This document shows, one piece after another, positions 37,620-49,245 of a stretch of 64,000 nt of DNA. How positions within the stretch are numbered: position 1 is the first letter of the stretch; each line of letters opens with the position of its first letter. Position numbers and translations under genes: made by a program. The stretch is from Lama glama. Lineage: Eukaryota. Location: positions 10,852,001 through 10,916,000 of the forward strand of contig CM052817.1 of assembly GCA_028534125.1 (NCBI GenBank), read 5' to 3'. The notes beneath the pieces were generated by a model. That model ran no database searches. It saw only the letters and a program-made list of their open reading frames with translations, and had not been told where the DNA came from.

Positions 37620-39125
37620 CAGAAGAAACAGGACAGTATGCAAGGGAACAAATTAATAAATGAGATGTCTCTAAATAGTGATAAGCGGGATCAAAAAATA
37701 CAGCAATGCAGTGTGATCAGATTGGAGATGAATTTGTTGGGAGATTCCTCTCTGAGAAGTGACATTCGTGATTAGACCTGAATTAGTAGGGTCTCTCATG
37801 CCGAAATCTGGAGGGAAGCCATTCCCAGTGGAGGAAACACCAAATTCAAAAGGCTGAGAAATGGGATTGAGTTTGGAGTGAGTGACAGAAGAAGACCAGG
37901 GTAGCTGGAATGTGGTGAGAGTCTGAGGAGTGAGTGGCCCAGATTACGTAGCGGAAGTGACAAGGGTCAACTCATAGAGGGTTCTGTGGACCAGACTGAG
38001 GACCTAGTTATGTACACATTAGCATCTGTGATGTCTGCAGGACTTCTGGGAGTCTGTCTGGCCACAGATGTGCGGCTACGTGACTGGCAGAAACTTAGGT
38101 AAGAACCTCCCTAACTCATATGGAGTTTGGGTTTCATTTTAAATACACTGAAAACCACCACAATAGGGGAAGGGAATACACATCCCATAATCAGGTTTTG
38201 TGTGTTTGAAGCTAACAGCAGTGGTCATGGGGAGAATGAACTGAGTGAGGGGAGGGGTGGAGAAGGAAGGGAGAAGAGTACTTCTGACAGGTCTAAATTT
38301 TGTGGCTAGTGTGATATCAGCCAATTCAATCCATTTCACTTCAATGAATTTAACTCGCCTACTGTGTTCAAAGTCTATGCTGAGTGGGAGAAATACAAAT
38401 GGGCCCCTGCACAAAAAGAGCTTAGAGTCAGTGGGGAGACTGACAAGGGGAGTAATAAACATTTTTACAAGTCCTGGTGATTCTCTACAAAGGAAAGAAA
38501 AGGTAAAATCTGCTTGAGGAGAGGAGGTCAAGAAAGGCTTCAGGAAGGAAGCAGCACTCGAGGTGAACCCTGAAATGCAAATGGGTGGAAATGGAAATTG
38601 TCATCAGAGGTTGCACAGCGAACAGGGAAATGGAGGTGTGAACTCACCTGTTGAGTTGGAACAGCACGTTGATGAGTGTAGTTAAGATGTAGGCTACTGA
38701 ACAGTGTGATGAAGGGTTCAGCTGGAGAGGTGGGCACAGATCAGATCCTGAAGATTTCTGGATACCCCCCTATGGAGTGTGTTCTCCACTCCATCCCCAT
38801 GGACATGGGGAGTTACTGAAAGGAGTCAAGTTTAGGAATATTGTTCTTGGCAGTCTGCATGATGAATCAGAATGGGGAAGACTGGCAAAAGGGATGAAGA
38901 CAATCATTACTGAAAGTCAAAACTAGGACAGTACAGTGAGGAGAAAGAGAGGGGAATGGAGCAACAAGATTGTAAGGGAAGAGGATCCAGTGGACTTAAT
39001 CTGCAACTGGACCTGCAAGGAATATTAGCTCTGCACATAAATATTCTTTGGATGAATGAGTGAGTGGATGATTATCTCTAAGTTCTATCATTTGCATGGC
39101 TGGATAGTTGAGCCTGCCAGTTATT
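37620..39125 (-). mobile_element. L2 LINE fragments (discontinuous)
   Basis: ctctctgagaagtgacatt..agacctgaa..cattccagtggagga..gctggaatgtggtgag; aaggcttcaggaagga..agatcctgaagattt..atggggagttactgaaagg. Confidence 0.6.
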
Positions 39126-39439
39126 AAGCCTTGGAAAAGTGGATGATATCCCTCAGCTGCTGCTTGTCATCTTCTGGGGTTCTAGAAGGATCCATATTTA
39201 TAAGAGAGGCATTGATGTCAAAGCCTTAAGTAGGACAGCTAGCTCTGGAAGCTGGACCAGCCTGTGCAGACTCAAGAAAACTCCAGCCTAGACGAGACAG
39301 AGAAAAATGCCCTCTTTCCCTAAACCACTGATTCTCTTTAGTACTTGTATTGGTTGAGGTTCAGAGATGAGAGCACCTCTTCTCGTGAAAGAAGAAGCTC
39401 CAGCTACCACCATCTTGCCTCCCCAGATGCCTGGAATGC

Positions 39440-39842
39440 GTTGTGAATTGAATTGTGCCCCCCCCCCCCAGATTTATTTGCTGAGGTCCTAACTCCCAGT
39501 TCCTTATTTGGAAATAGGGTCATTGGAGATGTAATTAGTCAAGGCAAGGTGGCACTGGAGTAGTGAGCTCCTAATCCAGTATGACTGCTTTCCTTACAAA
39601 AAGAGGAAATGTGGGCACAGAGACAATATAGAGGGAAGACAATGTGAAGAGACACAGGGAGAAGACAGACACCTACCAGCCAAAGAGAGACGGCTGGAAC
39701 AGACCCTTCCTTCTTCTCAGAAGGGACCAACCCGTATGGCATTTTGATTTTGGACTTCTAGCCTCCAGAACTGTGAGATAATGCATGTATTTTGGTTTAA
39801 TCACCCATTTTGTGTACTTTGTTATGGCAGCCTATAGACAAA
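39440..39842 (+). mobile_element. MLT1B/C MaLR solo LTR
   Basis: gaattgtgccccc..gaggtcctaactcccagt..tttggaaatagggtc..ctaatccagtatgactg..gattttggacttctagcctccagaactgtgagata..tttgttatggcagcc. Confidence 0.9.
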
Positions 39843-41694
39843 TCAAGAGAGGTGGCCAGGCTTCCCCCAGGAAGGAGTAGTCCCAGTCCTTCCAATTCTC
39901 TTAGCTCCAGGTAGGAAACGCAATCAAAATAAAGACTATTCCAAAGTGCAACTAGGGCTCATTAAAATGCCTTTGAACCTGACCTAGCCATAGTCACATT
40001 ACTGATTATTACTAATATTATATAATAGTACCACTCAAGGGCATTTCCTGGAGTTGGAGGGAATAAGAAAGAGGGCTGGTCAAAATGGCCACAGGAGATC
40101 TGTGAGTTTCCTCTAGTTACTGATAAATAACTGGGGCAAGTTTTAAAGAAGAAATACTTTCTCATTCTCAGTTTCCTTATCTGTGAAATAAATGGGTTGT
40201 CTTCATGATCTCCAAGTTTCTGGGACTCTAAATTTTCATGAAGCCAAGAGACTTCATATTTAACTGGAAACAAAATTTATACCCAGAGAAATCTGGTCAC
40301 GTACAAAATTACATCTGCAATTCTACTTTACACGAGCTTTTATGAATATATCCAGCCATGCAGGTACAACCAAGTGACTATGAAGTTTAGCTGTGAGCAT
40401 TCCTAATTTATAAAGATTGCCACCGGCATGTAGAAAAAACATAAATATATTTATAGGCCCTCTTGTAATTATAAAGTGCTCTCATCCTCTGAACAATCAA
40501 AGTGAGAAATTATATCATGAATGAACAGCTCTTTCTTGGGCACTTCCTATGTGAAGCACTTAGCTCGGTGTCCTGCACAAGTAGAGGCTTAGCACACACT
40601 TTGTGAGTGGTGAAAGAATTAGCCATTCTTCCTTCTCCCCTTCCAGAGTTTTGCTTGACCCTGTCTTCACATTGTCTTCCCATATTAAGTAGAGTTTAAG
40701 ATTGAGAAATGAGGGCTATCAAAAACAATCGCTCCTTCATAACACCTTGAGAAAGTCTACCTTCTTTAATAAAATAGAAGCAGGCCCTCCAGGGTCATAC
40801 CTGGTATGACACAGGACAGCTGGACGTTACAAGAGAACCATGGTCTGCACTATCACTGCATCCATCTGGTGGCCATTGCCCGGTGCCTGAGGACATGCGC
40901 TGTATAGGTCTGAGGTCTCAGAATAGGACTAGAGATTGGGATTGCTGTGGACCAAACCTCTATATTTGCCATTCTCAGGGAGAAGAGGGACAAGAGGGTA
41001 AGTATTGTTGCCATTATGAGTGGATATCTTTTGCCAGATCAGAGGCAGCCATTGTTTTATATGAGAGGTTTCATGTTCCTGCTTTATCGTGAGAATACAG
41101 TGGCGTGCAGAGACATCACTGACATAGTATTAGAAGCTATTAAGCGACCTTGGGCAAGTCACTTCCCTTCTCTTTAAAATGAAGAGGTTGAACTCAATCT
41201 GAGGTTTTCAATTTCTCCTTGAGCAGCAGAGTCCTCAGTATACACGACTGATGCAGTGGAGCCTCTCAGGCTGAGTGGGTGGGCACCATGTTCTCCCCGC
41301 TCAAGCTACCTTCTCACTCCCCAATCAGGGCTCCAAGGAAGGAAGTTTGAATCCCCAGAACCACGGATCTCCAACATACCTTCGGGCACATTGATGATAA
41401 TAGCCCCTTGTTTGTACGGCTGCACACAATTTGCAAACTATTTTCACATACTCGCCTGCATTTAACTTAGCATGCAGTCATTTCAAGTAAGAGATCAAAA
41501 GTGAAAAGTAGTTACATTTCCAGCTTTTAATGCCACAGAGTGTGGACTGTCCAGAAGGTTTGGCAGCCAGACTATTCTGCAGAGTGAGATGAGTTTTAGA
41601 ATCCTCAAGCCAGCCTGGCTTCCAGTGCTTTATAAATGTTTGAACAAATCCCCTTGTCTGTTCCTGTCTCTTACTAATATAAAAATGAATGCTA

Positions 41695-42930
41695 GGAGGA
41701 AGCCAAGATGGCGAAGTAGAAGGATGCTTGTAGCTCACCCTCTTCTACAAATACACCAAGACTCACATCCACAGACCCACTCAGCCAACCAGAGCACCTG
41801 AGGAACTCCGACAGAACATTGTCCTCTTCAAAAGAGAGAGACGCCAAAAATCTGGTAGTAGAAAAGGAAAAACCAAAGAAGAAAAGGCAAAACAGTGTGG
41901 GACGGGTCCCGCAGGGAGGCAGCAGCAAAGGAGGACTGGCATTCGTTTGCTGGGTCTCCCCTCTCCAACTGAGAGGCCAGTGGGATGGAGGGGGAGCCTC
42001 TGAGGCTTGGATCTGTACAGGCACCCTTGACCAACAGAACAAAGTTAAACCGGCACAGAAGGTCGCTTCGACACCCAGCCTGAGACGAGGGCTGGCAGCT
42101 GGGGGCAGGACCAGGCTGCCCGAGGCAGGCAGAGGATGGGGGACAGCTGTACTGAGGCAGCCCCGGGGGACTGCAGGGGGCTGTGCGCCGTGGCTGTGGG
42201 TGCACAGGGCAGAACAACCTGGGCCCTCCATAAAACAACACAGCTGATGTGCCCTGGGGGGAAGAGTGCATACTCCTATCTCTGAAAACCCCTGGAAAAT
42301 TTTTGGGTGAAGAGAGGCGGGGCTCAGGCGCAGCCGCCATATCCTCCAGCGGGTAGCATCCAGGTGGGGGCAGAGGCGAAACCTGCATCCGCACCTAAGG
42401 GCTTAGCAGCCTCAAAGGCCAGACGGAGGCTTGTCTACAGCCAGAGGCAAAGAGGATCCTTCTGTCCTGGTCCCTCAGAGAACTTCTCCGCCAAGACAAA
42501 CAAGGAGCTGGGTTCTGGCCCGGAGCAGGGACGGGGCTGTTCTCGGTCTTCCCGGAGCCCACCTACGGAGCACGCAGCTGCACAGAGCTGCGGAGTGACC
42601 AGTGCCGGGACAGGGCGGGCAGCCCCCTGCCTTTCCTGCAGGAACGCAGTCCCTGACCGCGGTGCTGGGAGCCCCCGCCCTCCTACCTGGCCAGTCTGCA
42701 ATATCTGACTGCAGCATCAGGAGGGGCAGTGACCCGCCCGCCCACAGCAGAGGAGAGCTGCACCTGACCCCGTGTTGGGAAGGGGCACGATCTACTTGCC
42801 GACAGGCACTGGGAGCAGCATAGACAAAGGCGCCAACGGAGGGCCTCTGGAAACAGCAAGCTGAGCTTCCAAAACTGGGCGAAGACAGAAAGATTTTGCA
42901 ATATGAGCACACAGTCTCCAGGAGAAGACC
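41695..42930 (+). promoter_or_regulatory. L1 internal Pol II promoter region (GC/CpG-rich 5'UTR with YY1 motif)
   Basis: CAAGATGGCG at 41704-41713, the position of the YY1 site in mammalian L1s; CpG-rich 42300-42900. Activity not demonstrable from sequence. Confidence 0.7.
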
Positions 42931-43427
42931 AACCCCTCCCCTTTTTTTTTTCTTTTGTTTTTTTAAATCTGTTTTCACCTGTTCTATTTTCTATTACCCT
43001 TTTAATTTTTACTTCTTAAACAATTATATATACTCCCAGTTTTAATCCCTTTTAAATTTTTTTAAAATATTTTTATTATTATTATTTTAAAAAATACACA
43101 TTATTTCATTTTTATTTCTCTTGGTTTTGATGTCCTGTTATTGATTATACACAGGTTTCAAATACATTTTTCCCTCTTTTCTCCTTTTTTAAAGGTTTTT
43201 AAAATACGTCTCAACCCAATTGCTATTCTGCTTCAACTTGCTCTCCTATTATTCATTATATACTGCTTTCAAATCATTCTTTCTCCCATCTTTTAAAATT
43301 CTCTTTCTCTCTGTCTCTTTTATTTTTAAGGGTTATTCCTACATAGGCATTAGATAGATAAATAAATAAACTCTATAAGGACCACAATAGATAACTGATA
43401 CTCCATAAACCACAGTGCCAGAGAGGT

Positions 43428-44330
43428 ATGAGCAAGAAGAAGAAGCAGAGAAACCATTCCCAATTAAAAGAACAAGAGAAATCCCCTGAAAGAATGATCA
43501 ATGAAATAGACATTGATAGCCTACTAGATCAAGATACCAAAAAAGGAGTGATCAAAGTACTGAAGGAACTAAAAGAGATAGTGTTTAGAGATATAAAATA
43601 TGTAAAAAATGAAATGGAAACTATAAAGAAGAGCCAGGTAGAACTGGTAAACTCATTGGCTGAGATAAGAAATGATCTAAAGGCTGTGCAAAGCAGACTA
43701 GATAATGTAAACGAACGAATTAGTGACCTAGAAGACAGGACAACAGAAAGCACCCAATCAGAACAGCTACAAGATAAACAAATAAAAACAAATGAAAATA
43801 GCATAAGGGACCTATGGGGCAACATAAAGCATGCCAATCTTCACATAATAGGGGTCCCAGAAGGGGAAGAAAGATCAAAGGGGATTGAAAAGGTATTGGA
43901 AGAAATCATGACTGAAAACTTCCCAAACTTAAAGAAGGAATCAGATATCCAAGTACAGGAAACTCAGAAGTTCCCAAACAGGAAGAACCCAAATAGACCC
44001 ACACCAAGACATATCATAATCAAGATGGCCAGAGTCAAGGATAAAGAAATGATCCTAAAGGCAGCAAGAGAAAAGCAAAGAGTGCATTACAAGGGAACCC
44101 ACATAAGGCTCTCGGCTGATTTCTCTACACAAACACTACAGGCCAGAAGGGAGTGGCAAGATATATTCAAAGTCCTGAATGAAAAAAAGATGCAGCCTAG
44201 GATACTTTATCCAGCAAGGCTAACCTTTAGGATAGAAGGAGACATAAAGAATTTCACAGACAAGAAAAAACTACAAGAGTTTAGCAACACTAAACCCATG
44301 CTAAAAGAAATATTGAAAGGTCTACTCTAA
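43428..44330 (+). CDS. LINE-1 ORF1p (coiled-coil, RRM and CTD RNA-binding chaperone), uninterrupted 300 aa
   Basis: Basic N-terminus, heptad-rich coiled coil, motifs NLHIIGVPEGEE, ENFPNL, TPRHIIIKM, AAREK, LSADFS, ARREW, ILYPARL; ATG to TAA with no break. Confidence 0.93.
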   Translation: MSKKKKQRNHSQLKEQEKSPERMINEIDIDSLLDQDTKKGVIKVLKELKEIVFRDIKYVKNEMETIKKSQVELVNSLAEIRNDLKAVQSRLDNVNERISDLEDRTTESTQSEQLQDKQIKTNENSIRDLWGNIKHANLHIIGVPEGEERSKGIEKVLEEIMTENFPNLKKESDIQVQETQKFPNRKNPNRPTPRHIIIKMARVKDKEMILKAAREKQRVHYKGTHIRLSADFSTQTLQARREWQDIFKVLNEKKMQPRILYPARLTFRIEGDIKNFTDKKKLQEFSNTKPMLKEILKGLL

Positions 44331-44724
44331 ATAGAAAAGAAGCAGGGTGCTACAGAAATGAGAAGCTCACAACTGGAAAGGTGGTAACACATGAATTACA
44401 AATAAACACAAAATTGTAAAAGAAGACATCTAAATCATTGGGAGAGGGAGGCAGGAAAATGTAGAATTTTTTTTTCTTTCTTTTTAAAATTTTTTGTTCT
44501 CGGTAGGATGGGTTTGAGATCATGTTACTATCAGTTTAATAAAAATAGTTATAGTAATGGGCTAATAGATGTACAAAAAAGGGTAACCACAATCCAAAAA
44601 CTTACAAGGGAGTCACAGAAAGTAAATAAAAGCCACATAATACAAAGGAAGATTACCAAACCACAAAAGGCAGAAGAAAGGAACAAAGAGGAAATACAAA
44701 ATCAATTGCAAAGATAAGTTCAGA

Positions 44725-47560
44725 ATGGCAATAAACACACATCTATCATTAATTACTGTAAATGTTAATGGTCTAAATGCTCTAGTCAAAAGACAGAGTG
44801 GCAGACTGGATAATAAAGCAAGAACCTTCAACACGCTGCATACAAGAGACCCACTTTAGGGAGAAGGACACATATAGATTGAGAGTGAAAGGATGGAAAA
44901 GGATATTCCATACAAATGGAAAAACCAAAAAATCAGGTGTAGCAGTACTGATTTCAGACAAAATAGACTTTAAAACAAAGGCCATAAAGAAAAATAAAGA
45001 AGGACATTTTATAATGACTAAAGGAGTGATACAAGGTGAGGATATTACGCTCATTAATATATATGCACCCAATATAGAAGCACCAAAATACATAAAACAA
45101 TTACTAACAGAGATAAAGGGGGATATTGATGGGAATACAATCATAGTTGGAGATTTTAACACTGCATTAACATCACTAGACAGATCTTTCAGACAGAAAA
45201 TAAATCAGGCAACAGAGAAATTAAATAATACAATAGAAAAATTAGACTTGGTGGATATTCTCAGAGCATTACACCCCCAAAAAATAGGATATACATTCTT
45301 TTCAAGTGCACATGGAACATTTCTAGGATTGATCATGTACTTGGGCACAAAAGAAACCTCAACAATTTTAAGAAGATAGAAATTATCTCAAGCATCTTTA
45401 CTGACCACAATGCCATGAAACTAGAAATCAACAACAGAGAAACAAAGGAGAAAAAAAGGAAAGCATGGAGATTAAACAATATGCTATTAAAAAACCAGTG
45501 GGTCAATGAGGAAATCAAAGCTGAAATTAAAAAATACCTTGAGACAAATGAAAATGAAAGCACAACCACACAAAATTTATGGGACACAGCCAAGGCAGCT
45601 AAGAGGGAAGTTTATAGCGATACAGGCCTTCCTCACAAAAGAATAACAATCTCAAATAAACAATTTAACCCACCAGCTGAAAGAACTAGAAAAAGAAGGA
45701 CAAAAAACCCCAAAAGGCAGCAGAAGGAAGGAAATTATAAAGATTAGAGAGGAAATAAATAAAATAGAGATCTAAAAAACCATACAAAAAATCAATCAAA
45801 CCAAAAGCTGGTGTTTTGAAAAAGTAAATAAAATCAACAAACCTCTGGCCAAACTCACAAAGAAGAAAAAAGAGAGAACACAAATTAGCAAAATAAGAAA
45901 GGAAAATGGAGAAATTACAACAAATAAAATAGAAATACAGAATATCATACAAGAACACTATGAAAAACTATATGGAACCAAACTGGATAACCTAGAGGAG
46001 ATGGACAAGTTTCTGGAAACATATGTCCACCAAGACTGAGTCAAGAAGAAACTGACCACTTGGACAAACTGACCACTAGAAATGAAATCAAAATAGCAAT
46101 TAAAAAAAAAAAAACCTCCCTACAAATAAAAGTCCAGGACCGATGGCTTCACTGGGGAATTCTACCAAACAAACAAAGAAGAACTCATACCAGTCCTTCT
46201 CAAACTCTTCCAGAAGATTGAAAAGGAGGGAATACTCCCAAACTCATTCTATGAAGCCACCATCACCCTGATACCAAAACCAGGCAAAGACACTACCAAA
46301 AGAGAATTATAGGCCAATATCACTGATGAACATAGATGCCAAAATCTTCACCAAAATATTAGCAAATAGAATCCAACAACACNNNNNNNNNNNNNNNNNN
46401 NNNNNNNNNNNNNNNNNNNNNNNNNNNNNNNNNNNNNNNNNNNNNNNNNNNNNNNNNNNNNNNNNNNNNNNNNNNNNNNNNNNNNNNNNNNNNNNNNNNN
46501 NNNNNNNNNNNNNNNNNNNNNNNNNNNNNNNNNNNNNNNNNNNNNNNNNNNNNNNNNNNNNNNNNNNNNNNNNNNNNNNNNNNNNNNNNNNNNNNNNNNN
46601 NNNNNNNNNNNNNNNNNNNNNNNNNNNNNNNNNNNNNNNNNNNNNNNNNNNNNNNNNNNNNNNNNNNNNNNNNNNNNNNNNNNNNNNNNNNNNNNNNNNN
46701 NNNNNNNNNNNNNNNNNNNNNNNNNNNNNNNNNNNNNNNNNNNNNNNNNNNNNNNNNNNNNNNNNNNNNNNNNNNNNNNNNNNNNNNNNNNNNNNNNNNN
46801 NNNNNNNNNNNNNNNNNNNNNNNNNNNNNNNNNNNNNNNNNNNNNNNNNNNNNNNNNNNNNNNNNNNNNNNNNNNNNNNNNNAAGGCTTGATCTCCAGAA
46901 TATATAAGCAGCTCATACGACTTAATAAGAAATAACCAAACAACCCAATCCAAAAAATGAGCAAAAGACCTAAACAAGCAATTCTCCAAGGAAGACATAC
47001 AAATGATCAATAGGCACATGAACAAATGCTCAATACCATGAATTATCAGAGAAATGCAAATCAAAACTACAATGAGGTATCACCTCACACCAGTCAGAAT
47101 GGCCATCATTCAAAAATCCACAAACGACAAATGTTGGAGAGGCTGTGGAGAAAGGAGAACCCTCTTACACTGCTTGTGGGAATGCAGTTTGGTGCAGCCA
47201 CTGTGGAAAACAGTATGGAGATTCCTCAAAAGACTAGGAATAGACTTACTGTATGACCCAGGAATACCACTCCTGGGCATATATCCAGAAGGAACCCTAC
47301 TTCAGGATGACACCTGCACCCCAATGTTCATAGCAGCACTATTTACAATAGCCAAGACATGGAGACAGCCTAAATGTCCATCAATGGATGCCTGGATAAA
47401 GAAGAAGTGGTACATTTATACAATGGGATACTACTCAGTCATAAAAACTGACAACATAACACCATTTGCAGCAACAGGGATGCTCCTGGAGAATGTCATT
47501 CTAAGTGAATTAAGCCAGAAAGAAAAATACCATATGAGATTGCTCATATGTGGAATCTAA
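44725..47560 (+). pseudogene. LINE-1 ORF2 (endonuclease-RT-Cys-rich), multiply disabled; RT core hidden in gap
   Basis: MAINTHLSLITVNVNGLN start, EN motifs [29 protein letters not shown] before the gap; CWRGC-x7-H-x4-C knuckle after it. Frameshifts near 44797, 45322, 45598, 46025, 46110, 46140, 46300 and 46955; stops at 45644, 45773, 46933, 46958 and ~47039. Confidence 0.95.
46383..46882. other. Assembly gap (500 N) inside L1 ORF2
   Basis: Run of exactly 500 n. Confidence 0.99.
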
Positions 47561-48485
47561 AAAAAAAAAACAACAAAAAAAACCCCACAAACAAAACAGA
47601 AATAGACTCATAGACATAGAATACAAACTTGTGGTTGCCAAGGGAGTGGAGGGTGGGAAGGGATAGACTGGGATTTCAAAATAGATAAACAAGATCATAC
47701 TGTATAGCACAGGGAAATATATACAAGATCTTATGGTAGCTCACAGAGAAAAAAATGTGACAATGAATATATATATATGTTCATGTATAACTGAAAAATT
47801 GTGCTCTACACTGGAATTTGATACATCATTGTAAAATGATTATAAATCAATAAAAATGTTTTAAAAATGCTATTTTTTAGCATTACCATGCATTAGATCA
47901 GATATCAGTATGCTTAAATAAATACAGTAGTAGCAGCTAATACCCATAGTCTAGAAAAAGTTAACTCTAGGAGGCCACATTTTTCACATTTTAAGATAAG
48001 TTTCTTTTATCATGGAAGTAATATGTGTTCATGATAAAAAGCTCAAAGATTAAAAATTAGCAAAAAATACTTACTAATAATTGCCCCAAATGGAGATAAT
48101 TGCTATTCACATATGAGTACATACATCCCTGTCTTTTTTGCAAAATAGAAATAATTACTTTAACTAAAATTGGATGATAGTATACACACACTTTTTCATC
48201 TGCTTTTTTCACCCAATGATATATTATCATCACTCCAGGTCAAGGAGTACATTTCAACAATAGCACTGTTTTTTAATTGGAATGTGATTTTCTATGGATA
48301 GCCACTGTATATTTAAATAATTAGTGGAAATATCAGCTATTTCCAGTTTTTTTTTTTCCAATTGCAACACACACACTTGTGGCTACCTTACTTGAGGAAT
48401 TGTTGGATCAAAGGATGCGGAAATTTTTTTTTAACTTTTGAAACATGTAGCCCAAAATGTTATACCAAATTCATCCTGACCATCT

Positions 48486-48780
48486 GCGATATGTCAACTT
48501 GACTGGCCGAGGAGTGCCAAGATTAAACATTATTTCTGGGTGTGTCTGGAATGGTGTTTCCAGATGGAGATGGACATTTGAATCAATGACTCACTAAAGT
48601 AAATTACCCTCCCCAGTGTGTGAGGTATCATCCAATCCACTGAGGGCCTGAATAGGACAGAAAGTAGGAGAAGGAAGATTCACTCCTTTTTTTCCCTTGC
48701 CTCTCTGCATGAGCTGGGACACTTAGTTCATCTTCTCTAAGCCTTGGGCTGAGATTTACACCATCATCTCCCCTGATATA
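48486..48780 (+). mobile_element. MLT2 (C/D-like) ERVL LTR, partial
   Basis: atgtcaacttgactggcc..aaacattatttctgggtgtgtctg..tcatccaatccactgagggcctgaataggacagaaa..gagctgggaca. Confidence 0.85.
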
Positions 48781-48854
48781 TGTATGTATGTATTTAGATA
48801 TACATATAGATACACAGGATGATGTATACGTGATGAATTCCTTATTTCCAGACC

Positions 48855-49245
48855 TGTGTGAGTTGAGTAGTGGTCTCTCAAAAGATATGTTCACACTGAC
48901 CCTGTGTATGTGAATTTATTTGAAAAAAGAGTCTTTGCAGAGGTAGTTAAGCTAAGGATTTTGACACGAGATCATCCTGGATTAGGGCAGGCACTGAATC
49001 CAAAGACAAATGTTTTTATAAGAGAAAAGAGAGAGAAGACACAGCAGCAGAGAACCCGCAGAGCAGAGCAGAAGCCACGTGAAGCCAGAGGCAGAGACTG
49101 GAGTTTTGCAGCTACAAGTCAAGGGATGCCTGGAGCCACCAGAAGCTGGGAGAGGAAAGGAAGGATTAATTTAAGGCAATATATTTCTGTTGTTTTAACC
49201 TCTAAATTTCTGGTAAATGAAACAGCAACCATATGAAACTATATA
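48855..49245 (+). mobile_element. MLT1C/D MaLR solo LTR
   Basis: caaaagatatgttcac..atttgaaaaaagagtctttgcagag..gagatcatcctggatta..cagaggcagagactggag..ggagccaccagaagctggga. Confidence 0.85.

Larger units (their letters stand above)
41695..47872 (+). mobile_element. 5'-complete LINE-1 retrotransposon (camelid-like lineage), retrotransposition-dead
   Basis: Starts ggaggaagccaagatggcg; 1.73 kb 5'UTR, ORF1, 394-bp spacer, ORF2, 3'UTR with G-rich tract and AATAAA at 47849-47854; flanked by aatgcta direct repeats (41688-41694 and 47866-47872). Confidence 0.97.

Noticed and set aside
40859..40876. CTCF-like motif on the minus strand (TGGCCACCAGATGGATG)
   Set aside because: Mismatch at the highly conserved GGC position; a single imperfect match in 64 kb is not evidence.
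385..41500. Dozens of 60-130 aa ORFs outside the L1
   Set aside because: Lengths expected by chance, many start at non-ATG codons or overlap decayed repeats, and none shows a recognisable protein motif or consistent exon structure.
41819..42978. Multiple overlapping 130-190 aa ORFs on both strands
   Set aside because: They lie in the GC-rich L1 5'UTR, have low-complexity Pro/Ala/Gly/Arg content and no recognisable domain. Only the ATG-started antisense one is kept as a weak lead.
46326..47064. ORFs of 193-238 aa spanning the second gap
   Set aside because: Mostly X residues; the real parts are L1 ORF2 remnants or their antisense.
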